Made by a program: the position numbers and the translations under genes. From Eledone cirrhosa (lineage: Eukaryota), in assembly GCA_964016885.1 (NCBI GenBank), contig OZ024744.1, forward strand, positions 23,188,001 to 23,252,000: a stretch of 64,000 nucleotides of DNA, written 5' to 3'. The notes under the pieces were generated by a model that was given only the letters and a program-made list of their open reading frames with translations, was not told the DNA's origin and searched no databases. Shown here one piece after another: positions 1 through 12,029 of the stretch (position 1 is its first letter; each line of letters starts with the position of its first letter).

Positions 1-1111
1 TCTTAAGATTCAACTGTTGTTAAAACGAGTTTTATCTTAAGATTCAACTGTTGTTAAAATGAGTTAGTTCTTAAGATTCAACTGTTGTTAAAACGAGTTT
101 TATCTTAAGATTCAACTGTTGTTAAAACGAGTCAGTTCTTAAGATTCAACTGTTGTTAAAACGAGTTTTATTTGAAGATTCAACTGTTGTTAAAACGGGT
201 CAGTTCTTAAGGTTGAACTGTTGTTAAAACGAGTCAGTTCTTAAGATTCAACTGTTGTTAAAACGAGTTTTATCTAAAGATTCAGCTGTTGTTAAAATGA
301 GTCAGTTCTTAAGATTCAACTGTTGTTAAAACGAGTTTTATCATACGATTCAACTGTTGTTAAAACGAGTCAGTTCTTAACATTCAACTGTTGTTAAAAC
401 GAGTTTTATTTGAAGATTCAACTGTTGTTAAAACGAGTCAGTTCTTAAGATTGAACTGTTGATAAAACGAGACAGTTCTTAAGATTCAACTGTTGTTAAA
501 ACGAGTTTTATCTTAAGATTCAGCTGTTGTTAAAACGAGTAAGTTCTTAAGATTCAACTGTTGTTAAAACGAGTTTTATCTTAAGATTCAACTGTTGTTA
601 AAACGAGTTTATCTTAAGATTCAGCTGTTGTTAACACGAATCAGTTCTTAAGATTCAACTGTTGTTAAAACGAGTTTTATTTGAAGATTCAACTGTTGTT
701 AAAATGAGTCAGTTCTTAAGGTTGAACTGCTGATAAAGCGAGTCAGTTGTTAAGATTCAACTGTTGTTAAAACGAGTTTTATCTTAAGATTCAACTATTG
801 TTAAAACGAGTTTTATTTGAAGATTCAACTGTTGCTAAAATGAGTCAGTCCTTAAGGTTGAACTGTTGATAAAACGAGTCAGTTCTTAAGAGTCAACTGT
901 TGTTAAAACGAGTTTTATCTTAAGATTCAGCTGTTGTTAAAACGAGTCAGTTCTTAAGATTCAACTGTTGTTAAAACGAGTTTTATCTTAAGATTCAACT
1001 GTTATTAAAACGAGTCAGTTCTTAAGATTCAACTGTTGTTAAAACGAGTTTTATCTTAAGATTCAACTGTTGTTAAAACGAGTTTATCTTAAGATTCAGT
1101 TGTTGTTAAAA

Positions 1112-4100
1112 CGAATCAGTTCTTAAGATTCAACTGTTGTTAAAACGAGTTTTATTTGAAGATTCAACTGTTGTTAAAATGAGTCAGTTCTTAAGGTTGA
1201 ACTGTTGATAAAACGAGTCAGTTCTTAAGATTCAACTGTTGTAAAACGAGTTTTATCTTAAGATTCAGCTGTTGTTAAAACGAGTCAGTTCTTAAGATTC
1301 AACTGTTGTTAAAACCAGTTTTATCTTAAGATTCAACTGTTATTAAAACGAGTCAGTTCTTAAGATTCAACTGTTGTTAAAACGAGTTTTATCTTAAGAT
1401 TCAACTGTTGTTAAAACGAGTTTTATCTTAAGATTCAACTGTTGTAAAACGAATCAGTTGTAATGATTCAACTGTTGTTAAAACGAGTTTTATCTTAAGA
1501 TTCAGCTGTTGTTAAAACGAGTCAGTTCTTAAGATTCAGCTGTTGTTAAAACGAATCAGTTCTTAAGATTCAACTGTTGTTAAAACGAGTTTTATCTTAA
1601 GATTTAGCTGTTGTTAAAACGAGTCAGTTATTAAGATTCAACTGTTGTTAAAACGAGTTTATCTTAAAATTCAGCTGTTGTTAAAACGAGTCAGTTCTTA
1701 AGATTCAACTGTTGTTAAAACGAGTTTTATCTTAAGATTCAACTGTTGTTAAAACGAGTTTATCTTAAGATTCAGCTGTTGTTAAAACGAGTCAGTTCTT
1801 AAGGTTGAACTGTTGATAAAACAAGTCAGTTCTTACGATTCAACTGTTGTTAAAACGAGTTTTATCTTAAGATTCATCTGTTGTTAAAACGAGTCAGTTC
1901 TTAAGATTCAACTGTTGTTAAAACTAGTTTTATTTGAAGATTCAACTGTTGTTAAAATGAGTCAGTTCTTAAGGTTGAACTGTTGATAAAACGAGTTTTA
2001 TCTTAAGATTCAATTGTTGTTAAAACGAGTCAGTTCTTAAGATTCAACTGTTGTTAAAACGAGTTATATCTTAAGATTCAACTGTTGTTAAAACGAGTCA
2101 GTTCTTAAGATTCAACTGTTGTTAAAACGAGTTTTATTTGAAGATTCAACTGTTGTTAAAACGAGTCAGTTCTTAAGGTTGAACTGTTGATAAAACGAGT
2201 CAGTTCTTAAGATTCAACTGTTGTTAAAACGAGTTTTATCTTAAGATTCAACTGTTGTTAAAACGAGACAGTTCTTAAGATTCAACTGTTGTTAAAACGA
2301 GTTTTATTTGAAGATTCAACTGTTGTTAAAATGAGTCAGTTCTTAAGGTTGAACTGATGATAAAGCGAGTCAGTTGTTAAGATTCAACTGTTGTTAAAAC
2401 GAGTTTTATCTTAAGATTCAACTATTGTTAAAACGAGTTTTATTTGAAGATTCAACTGTTGTTAAAATGAGTCAGTCCTTAAGGTTGAACTGTTGATAAA
2501 ACGAGTCAGTTCTTAAGAGTCAACTGTTGTTAAAACGAGTTTTATCTTAAGATTCAACTGTTGTTAAAACGAGTCAGTTCTTAAGGTTGAACTGTTGATA
2601 AAACGAGTCAGTTCTTAAGATTCAACTGTTGTTAAAACGAGTTTTATCTTAAGATTCAACTGTTGTTAAAACGAGACAGTTCTTAAGATTCAACTGTTGT
2701 TAAAACGAGTTTTATTTGAAGATTCAACTGTTGTTAAAATGAGTCAGTTCTTAAGGTTGAACTGCTGATAAAGCGAGTCAGTTCTTAAGATTCAACTGTT
2801 GTTAAAACGAGTTTTATCTTAAGATTCAGCTGTTGTTAAAACGAGTCAGTTCTTAAGATTCAACTGTTGTTAAAACGAGTTTTATCTTAAGATTCAACTG
2901 TTGTTAAAACGAGTTTATCTTAAGATTCAGTTGTTGTTAAAACGAATCAGTTCTTAAGATTCAACTGTTGTTAAAACGAGTTTTATTTGAAGATTCAACT
3001 GTTGTTAAAATGAGTCAGTTCTTAAGGTTGAACTGTTGATAAAACGAGTCAGTTCTTAAGATTCAACTGTTGTAAAACGAGTTTTATCTTAAGATTCAGC
3101 TGTTGTTAAAACGAGTCAGTTCTTAAGATTCAACTGTTGTTAAAACCAGTTTTATCTTAAGATTCAACTGTTATTAAAACGAGTCAGTTCTTAAGATTCA
3201 ACTGTTGTTAAAACGAGTTTTATCTTAAGATTCAACTGTTGTTTAAACGAGTTTTATCTTAAGATTCAACTGTTGTTAAACGAATCAGTTGTAATGATTC
3301 AACTGTTGTTAAAACGAGTTTTATTTGAATCAGTTCTTAAGATTCAACTGTCGTTAAAACGAGTTTTATTCGAAGATTCAACTGTTGCTAAAACGAGTCA
3401 ATTCTTAAGGTTGAACTGTTGATAAAACGAGTCAGTTCTTAAGATTCAACTGTTGTTAACACGAGTTTTATCTTAAGATTCAACTGTTGTTAAAACGAGT
3501 CAGTTCTTAAGATTCAACTGCTGTTAAAACGAGTTTTATCTTAAGTTTCAACTGTTGTTAAAACAAGTCAGTTCTTTAGATTCAACTGTTGTTAAAACGA
3601 GTTATATCTTAAGATTCAACTGTTGTTAAAACGAGTCAGTTCTTAAGATTCAACTGTTGTTAAAACGAGTTTTATCTTAAGATTCAACTGTTGTTAAAAC
3701 GAGACAGTTCTTAAGATTCAACTGTTGTTAAAACGAGTCAGTTCTTAAGATTCAACTGTTGTTAAAACGAGTTTTATTTGAAGATTGAACTGTTGTTAAA
3801 ACGAGTCAGTTCTTATGGTTGAACTGTTGTTAAAACGAATCAGTTCTTAAGATTCAACTGTTGTTAAAACGAGTTTTATCTTAAGATTCAACTGTTGTTA
3901 AAATGAGTTAGTTCTTAAGATTCAACTGTTGTTAAAACGAGTTTTATCTTAAGATTCAACTGTTGTTAAAACGAGTCAGTTCTTAAGATTCAACTGTTGT
4001 TAAAACGAGTTTTATTTGAAGATTCAACTGTTGTTAAAACGGGTCAGTTCTTAAGGTTGAACTGTTGTTAAAACGAGTCAGTTCTTAAGATTCAACTGTT

Positions 4101-7100
4101 GTTAAAACGAGTTTTATCTAAAGATCAGCTGTTGTTAAAATGAGTCAGTTCTTAAGATTCAACTGTTGTTAAAACGAGTTTTATCATACGATTCAACTGT
4201 TGTTAAAACGAGTTTTATTTGAAGATTCAACTGTTGTTAAAACGAGTCAGTTCTTAAGATTGAACTGTTGATAAAACGAGACAGTTCTTAAGATTCAACT
4301 GTTGTTAAAACGAGTTTTATCTTAAGATTCAGCTGTTGTTAAAACGAGTAAGTTCTTAAGATTCAACTGTTGTTAAAACGAGTTTTATCTTAAGATTCAA
4401 CTGTTGTTAAAACGAGTTTATCTTAAGATTCAGCTGTTGTTAACACGAATCAGTTTTTAAGATTCAACTGTTGTTAAAACGAGTTTTATTTGAAGATTCA
4501 ACTGTTGTTAAAATGAGTCAGTTCTTAAGGTTGAACTGCTGATAAAGCGAGTCAGTTGTTAAGATTCAACTGTTGTTAAAACGAGTTTTATCTTAAGATT
4601 CAACTATTGTTAAAACGAGTTTTATTTGAAGATTCATCTGTTGTTAAAATGAGTCAGTTCTTAAGATTGAACTGTTGATAAAACGAGACAGTTCTTAAGA
4701 TTCAACTGTTGTTAAAACGAGTTTTATCTTAAGATTCAGCTGTTGTTAAAACGAGTAAGTTCTTAAGATTCAACTGTTGTTAAAACGAGTTTTATCTTAA
4801 GATTCAACTGTTGTTAAAACGAGTTTATCTTAAGATTCAGCTGTTGTTAACACGAATCAGTTCTTAAGATTCAACTGTTGTTAAAACGAGTTTTATTTGA
4901 AGATTCAACTGTTGTTAAAATGAGTCAGTTCTTAAGGTTGAACTGTTGATAAAACGAGTCAGTTCTTAAGATTCAACTGTTGTAAAACGAGTTTTATCTT
5001 AAGATTCAGCTGTTGTTAAAACGAGTCAGTTCTTAAGATTCAACTGTTGTTAAAACCAGTTTTATCTTAAGATTCAACTGTTATTAAAACGAGTCAGTTC
5101 TTAAGATTCAACTGTTGTTAAAACGAGTTTTATCTTAAGATTCAACTGTTGTTAAAACGAGTTTTATCTTAAGATTCAACTGTTGTAAAACGAATCAGTT
5201 GTAATGATTCAACTGTTGTTAAAACGAGTTTTATCTTAAGATTCAGCTGTTGTTAAAACGAGTCAGTTCTTAAGATTCAGCTGTTGTTAAAACGAATCAG
5301 TTCTTAAGATTCAACTGTTGTTAAAACGAGTTTTATCTTAAGATTTAGCTGTTGTTAAAACGAGTCAGTTATTAAGATTCAACTGTTGTTAAAACGAGTT
5401 TATCTTAAAATTCAGCTGTTGTTAAAACGAGTCAGTTCTTAAGATTCAACTGTTGTTAAAACGAGTTTTATCTTAAGATTCAACTGTTGTTAAAACGAGT
5501 TTATCTTAAGATTCAGCTGTTGTTAAAACGAGTCAGTTCTTAAGGTTGAACTGTTGATAAAACAAGTCAGTTCTTACGATTCAACTGTTGTTAAAACGAG
5601 TTTTATCTTAAGATTCATCTGTTGTTAAAACGAGTCAGTTCTTAAGATTCAACTGTTGTTAAAACTAGTTTTATTTGAAGATTCAACTGTTGTTAAAATG
5701 AGTCAGTTCTTAAGGTTGAACTGTTGATAAAACGAGTTTTATCTTAAGATTCAATTGTTGTTAAAACGAGTCAGTTCTTAAGATTCAACTGTTGTTAAAA
5801 CGAGTTATATCTTAAGATTCAACTGTTGTTAAAACGAGTCAGTTCTTAAGATTCAACTGTTGTTAAAACGAGTTTTATTTGAAGATTCAACTGTTGTTAA
5901 AACGAGTCAGTTCTTAAGGTTGAACTGTTGATAAAACGAGTCAGTTCTTAAGATTCAACTGTTGTTAAAACGAGTTTTATCTTAAGATTCAACTGTTGTT
6001 AAAACGAGACAGTTCTTAAGATTCAACTGTTGTTAAAACGAGTTTTATTTGAAGATTCAACTGTTGTTAAAATGAGTCAGTTCTTAAGGTTGAACTGATG
6101 ATAAAGCGAGTCAGTTGTTAAGATTCAACTGTTGTTAAAACGAGTTTTATCTTAAGATTCAACTATTGTTAAAACGAGTTTTATTTGAAGATTCAACTGT
6201 TGTTAAAATGAGTCAGTCCTTAAGGTTGAACTGTTGATAAAACGAGTCAGTTCTTAAGAGTCAACTGTTGTTAAAACGAGTTTTATCTTAAGATTCAACT
6301 GTTGTTAAAACGAGTCAGTTCTTAAGGTTGAACTGTTGATAAAACGAGTCAGTTCTTAAGATTCAACTGTTGTTAAAACGAGTTTTATCTTAAGATTCAA
6401 CTGTTGTTAAAACGAGACAGTTCTTAAGATTCAACTGTTGTTAAAACGAGTTTTATTTGAAGATTCAACTGTTGTTAAAATGAGTCAGTTCTTAAGGTTG
6501 AACTGCTGATAAAGCGAGTCAGTTCTTAAGATTCAACTGTTGTTAAAACGAGTTTTATCTTAAGATTCAGCTGTTGTTAAAACGAGTCAGTTCTTAAGAT
6601 TCAACTGTTGTTAAAACGAGTTTTATCTTAAGATTCAACTGTTGTTAAAACGAGTTTATCTTAAGATTCAGTTGTTGTTAAAACGAATCAGTTCTTAAGA
6701 TTCAACTGTTGTTAAAACGAGTTTTATTTGAAGATTCAACTGTTGTTAAAATGAGTCAGTTCTTAAGGTTGAACTGTTGATAAAACGAGTCAGTTCTTAA
6801 GATTCAACTGTTGTAAAACGAGTTTTATCTTAAGATTCAGCTGTTGTTAAAACGAGTCAGTTCTTAAGATTCAACTGTTGTTAAAACCAGTTTTATCTTA
6901 AGATTCAACTGTTATTAAAACGAGTCAGTTCTTAAGATTCAACTGTTGTTAAAACGAGTTTTATCTTAAGATTCAACTGTTGTTTAAACGAGTTTTATCT
7001 TAAGATTCAACTGTTGTCAAACGAATCAGTTGTAATGATTCAACTGTTGTTAAAACGAGTTTTATTTGAATCAGTTCTTAAGATTCAACTGTCGTTAAAA

Positions 7101-9405
7101 CGAGTTTTATTCGAAGATTCAACTGTTGCTAAAACGAGTCAATTCTTAAGGTTGAACTGTTGATAAAACGAGTCAGTTCTTAAGATTCAACTGTTGTTAA
7201 CACGAGTTTTATCTTAAGATTCAACTGTTGTTAAAACGAGTCAGTTCTTAAGATTCAACTGCTGTTAAAACGAGTTTTATCTTAAGTTTCAACTGTTGTT
7301 AAAACAAGTCAGTTCTTTAGATTCAACTGTTGTTAAAACGAGTTATATCTTAAGATTCAACTGTTGTTAAAACGAGTCAGTTCTTAAGATTCAACTGTTG
7401 TTAAAACGAGTTTTATCTTAAGATTCAACTGTTGTTAAAACGAGACAGTTCTTAAGATTCAACTGTTGTTAAAACGAGTCAGTTCTTAAGATTCAACTGT
7501 TGTTAAAACGAGTTTTATTTGAAGATTGAACTGTTGTTAAAACGAGTCAGTTCTTATGGTTGAACTGTTGTTAAAACGAATCAGTTCTTAAGATTCAACT
7601 GTTGTTAAAACGAGTTTTATCTTAAGATTCAACTGTTGTTAAAATGAGTTAGTTCTTAAGATTCAACTGTTGTTAAAACGAGTTTTATCTTAAGATTCAA
7701 CTGTTGTTAAAACGAGTCAGTTCTTAAGATTCAACTGTTGTTAAAACGAGTTTTATTTGAAGATTCAACTGTTGTTAAAACGGGTCAGTTCTTAAGGTTG
7801 AACTGTTGTTAAAACGAGTCAGTTCTTAAGATTCAACTGTTGTTAAAACGAGTTTTATCTAAAGATCAGCTGTTGTTAAAATGAGTCAGTTCTTAAGATT
7901 CAACTGTTGTTAAAACGAGTTTTATCATACGATTCAACTGTTGTTAAAACGAGTTTTATTTGAAGATTCAACTGTTGTTAAAACGAGTCAGTTCTTAAGA
8001 TTGAACTGTTGATAAAACGAGACAGTTCTTAAGATTCAACTGTTGTTAAAACGAGTTTTATCTTAAGATTCAGCTGTTGTTAAAACGAGTAAGTTCTTAA
8101 GATTCAACTGTTGTTAAAACGAGTTTTATCTTAAGATTCAACTGTTGTTAAAACGAGTTTATCTTAAGATTCAGCTGTTGTTAACACGAATCAGTTCTTA
8201 AGATTCAACTGTTGTTAAAACGAGTTTTATTTGAAGATTCAACTGTTGTTAAAATGAGTCAGTTCTTAAGGTTGAACTGCTGATAAAGCGAGTCAGTTGT
8301 TAAGATTCAACTGTTGTTAAAACGAGTTTTATCTTAAGATTCAACTATTGTTAAAACGAGTTTTATTTGAAGATTCATCTGTTGTTAAAATGAGTCAGTT
8401 CTTAAGATTGAACTGTTGATAAAACGAGACAGTTCTTAAGATTCAACTGTTGTTAAAACGAGTTTTATCTTAAGATTCAGCTGTTGTTAAAACGAGTAAG
8501 TTCTTAAGATTCAACTGTTGTTAAAACGAGTTTTATCTTAAGATTCAACTGTTGTTAAAACGAGTTTATCTTAAGATTCAGCTGTTGTTAACACGAATCA
8601 GTTCTTAAGATTCAACTGTTGTTAAAACGAGTTTTATTTGAAGATTCAACTGTTGTTAAAATGAGTCAGTTCTTAAGGTTGAACTGTTGATAAAACGAGT
8701 CAGTTCTTAAGATTCAACTGTTGTAAAACGAGTTTTATCTTAAGATTCAGCTGTTGTTAAAACGAGTCAGTTCTTAAGATTCAACTGTTGTTAAAACCAG
8801 TTTTATCTTAAGATTCAACTGTTATTAAAACGAGTCAGTTCTTAAGATTCAACTGTTGTTAAAACGAGTTTTATCTTAAGATTCAACTGTTGTTAAAACG
8901 AGTTTTATCTTAAGATTCAACTGTTGTAAAACGAATCAGTTGTAATGATTCAACTGTTGTTAAAACGAGTTTTATCTTAAGATTCAGCTGTTGTTAAAAC
9001 GAGTCAGTTCTTAAGATTCAGCTGTTGTTAAAACGAATCAGTTCTTAAGATTCAACTGTTGTTAAAACGAGTTTTATCTTAAGATTTAGCTGTTGTTAAA
9101 ACGAGTCAGTTATTAAGATTCAACTGTTGTTAAAACGAGTTTATCTTAAAATTCAGCTGTTGTTAAAACGAGTCAGTTCTTAAGATTCAACTGTTGTTAA
9201 AACGAGTTTTATCTTAAGATTCAACTGTTGTTAAAACGAGTTTATCTTAAGATTCAGCTGTTGTTAAAACGAGTCAGTTCTTAAGGTTGAACTGTTGATA
9301 AAACAAGTCAGTTCTTACGATTCAACTGTTGTTAAAACGAGTTTTATCTTAAGATTCATCTGTTGTTAAAACGAGTCAGTTCTTAAGATTCAACTGTTGT
9401 TAAAA
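1112..9405 (+). repeat. 3,741-bp higher-order repeat (about 110 monomers), about 2.2 tandem copies
   Basis: Three independent markers share the same offset of 3,741: TAATG at 1461/5202/8943, the truncated monomer at 3327/7068, and GATCAG at 4123/7864. Only isolated differences were noticed between copies (about 4456 vs 8197; about 3277 vs 7018). Confidence 0.88.
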
Positions 9406-12029
9406 CGAGTTTTATTTGAAGATTCAACTGTTGTTAAAATGAGTCAGTTCTTAAGGTTGAACTGTTGATAAAACGAGTTTTATCTTAAGATTCAATTGTT
9501 GTTAAAACGAGTCAGTTCTTAAGATTCAACTGTTGTTAAAACGAGTTTTATCTTAAGATTCAACTGTTGTTAAAACGAGTTTATCTTAAGATTCAGTTGT
9601 TGTTAAAACGAATCAGTTCTTAAGATTCAACTGTTGTTAAAACGAGTTTTATTTGAAGATTCAACTGTTGTTAAAATGAGTCAGTTCTTAAGGTTGAACT
9701 GTTGATAAAACGAGTCAGTTCTTAAGATTCAACTGTTGTAAAACGAGTTTTATCTTAAGATTCAGATGTTGTTAAAACGAGTCAGTTCTTAAGATTCAAC
9801 TGTTGTTAAAACCAGTTTTATCTTAAGATTCAACTGTTATTAAAACGAGTCAGTTCTTAAGATTCAACTGTTGTTAAAACGAGTTTTATCTTAAGATTCA
9901 ACTGTTGTTTAAACGAGTTTTATCTTAAGATTCAACTGTTGTTAAACGAATCAGTTGTAATGATTCAACTGTTGTTAAAACGAGTTTTATTTGAATCAGT
10001 TCTTAAGATTCAACTGTCGTTAAAACGAGTTTTATTCGAAGATTCAACTGTTGCTAAAACGAGTCAATTCTTAAGATTGAACTGTTGATAAAACGAGTCA
10101 GTTCTTAAGATTCAACTGTTGTTAACACGAGTTTTATCTTAAGATTCAACTGTTGTTAAAACGAGTCAGTTCTTAAGATTCAACTGCTGTTAAAACGAGT
10201 TTTATCTTAAGTTTCAACTGTTGTTAAAACAAGTCAGTTCTTTAGATTCAACTGTTGTTAAAACGAGTTATATCTTAAGATTCAACTGTTGTTAAAACGA
10301 GTCAGTTCTTAAGATTCAACTGTTGTTAAAACGAGTTTTATCTTAAGATTCAACTGTTGTTAAAACGAGACAGTTCTTAAGATTCAACTGTTGTTAAAAC
10401 GAGTCAGTTCTTAAGATTCAACTGTTGTTAAAACGAGTTTTATTTGAAGATTGAACTGTTGTTAAAACGAGTCAGTTCTTATGGTTGAACTGTTGTTAAA
10501 ACGAATCAGTTCTTAAGATTCAACTGTTGTTAAAACGAGTTTTATCTTAAGATTCAACTGTTGTTAAAATGAGTTAGTTCTTAAGATTCAACTGTTGTTA
10601 AAACGAGTTTTTTCTTAAGATTCAACTGTTGTTAAAACGAGTCAGTTCTTAAGATTCAACTGTTGTTAAAACGAGTTTTATTTGAAGATTCAACTGTTGT
10701 TAAAACGGGTCAGTTCTTAAGGTTGAACTGTTGTTAAAACGAGTCAGTTCTTAAGATTCAACTGTTGTTAAAACGAGTTTTATCTAAAGATCAGCTGTTG
10801 TTAAAATGAGTCAGTTCTTAAGATTCAACTGTTGTTAAAACGAGTTTTATCATACGATTCAACTGTTGTTAAAACGAGTTTTATTTGAAGATTCAACTGT
10901 TGTTAAAACGAGTCAGTTCTTAAGATTGAACTGTTGATAAAACGAGACAGTTCTTAAGATTCAACTGTTGTTAAAACGAGTTTTATCTTAAGATTCAGCT
11001 GTTGTTAAAACGAGTAAGTTCTTAAGATTCAACTGTTGTTAAAACGAGTTTTATCTTAAGATTCAACTGTTGTTAAAACGAGTTTATCTTAAGATTCAGC
11101 TGTTGTTAACACGAATCAGTTCTTAAGATTCAACTGTTGTTAAAACGAGTTTTATTTGAAGATTCAACTGTTGTTAAAATGAGTCAGTTCTTAAGGTTGA
11201 ACTGCTGATAAAGCGAGTCAGTTGTTAAGATTCAACTGTTGTTAAAACGAGTTTTATCTTAAGATTCAACTATTGTTAAAACGAGTTTTATTTGAAGATT
11301 CATCTGTTGTTAAAATGAGTCAGTCCTTAAGGTTGAACTGTTGATAAAACGAGTCAGTTCTTAAGAGTCAACTGTTGTTAAAACGAGTTTTATCTTAAGA
11401 TTCAGCTGTTGTTAAAACGAGTCAGTTCTTAAGATTCAACTGTTGTTAAAACGAGTTTTATCTTAAGATTCAACTGTTATTAAAACGAGTCAGTTCTTAA
11501 GATTCAACTGTTGTTAAAACGAGTTTTATCTTAAGATTCAACTGTTGTTAAAACGAGTTTATCTTAAGATTCAGTTGTTGTTAAAACGAATCAGTTCTTA
11601 AGATTCAACTGTTGTTAAAACGAGTTTTATTTGAAGATTCAGCTGTTGTTAAAACGAGTCAGTTCTTAAGATTCAGCTGTTGTTAAAACGAATCAGTTCT
11701 TAAGATTCAACTGTTGTTAAAACGAGTTTTATCTTAAGATTTAGCTGTTGTTAAAACGAGTCAGTTATTAAGATTCAACTGTTGTTAAAACGAGTTTATC
11801 TTAAAATTCAGCTGTTGTTAAAACGAGTCAGTTCTTAAGATTCAACTGTTGTTAAAACGAGTTTTATCTTAAGATTCAACTGTTGTTAAAACGAGTTTAT
11901 CTTAAGATTCAGCTGTTGTTAAAACGAGTCAGTTCTTAAGGTTGAACTGTTGATAAAACAAGTCAGTTCTTACGATTCAACTGTTGTTAAAACGAGTTTT
12001 ATCTTAAGATTCATCTGTTGTTAAAACGA

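Noticed and set aside
11-16. Selection to preserve an E-box, since many variants change only the NN of CANNTG (CAGCTG, CATCTG, CAATTG, CAAATG, CAAGTG)
   Set aside because: Many other common variants destroy the motif (GAACTG, CAACTA, CAACGG, CAACCG, TAACTG), so no constraint is evident.
29-60. CRISPR-like repeat: the phase GTTTTATCTTAAGATTCAACTGTTGTTAAAAC has GTTTTA...TAAAAC ends reminiscent of type II direct repeats
   Set aside because: Units are separated by only 2 nt (GA), with no unique spacers, leader or cas genes. The variation follows HOR patterns instead.
1-170. Nucleosome-length 170-bp unit (5 x 34)
   Set aside because: This is only arithmetic. I saw no 5-monomer periodicity in the variants, and MNase data would be needed to test it.
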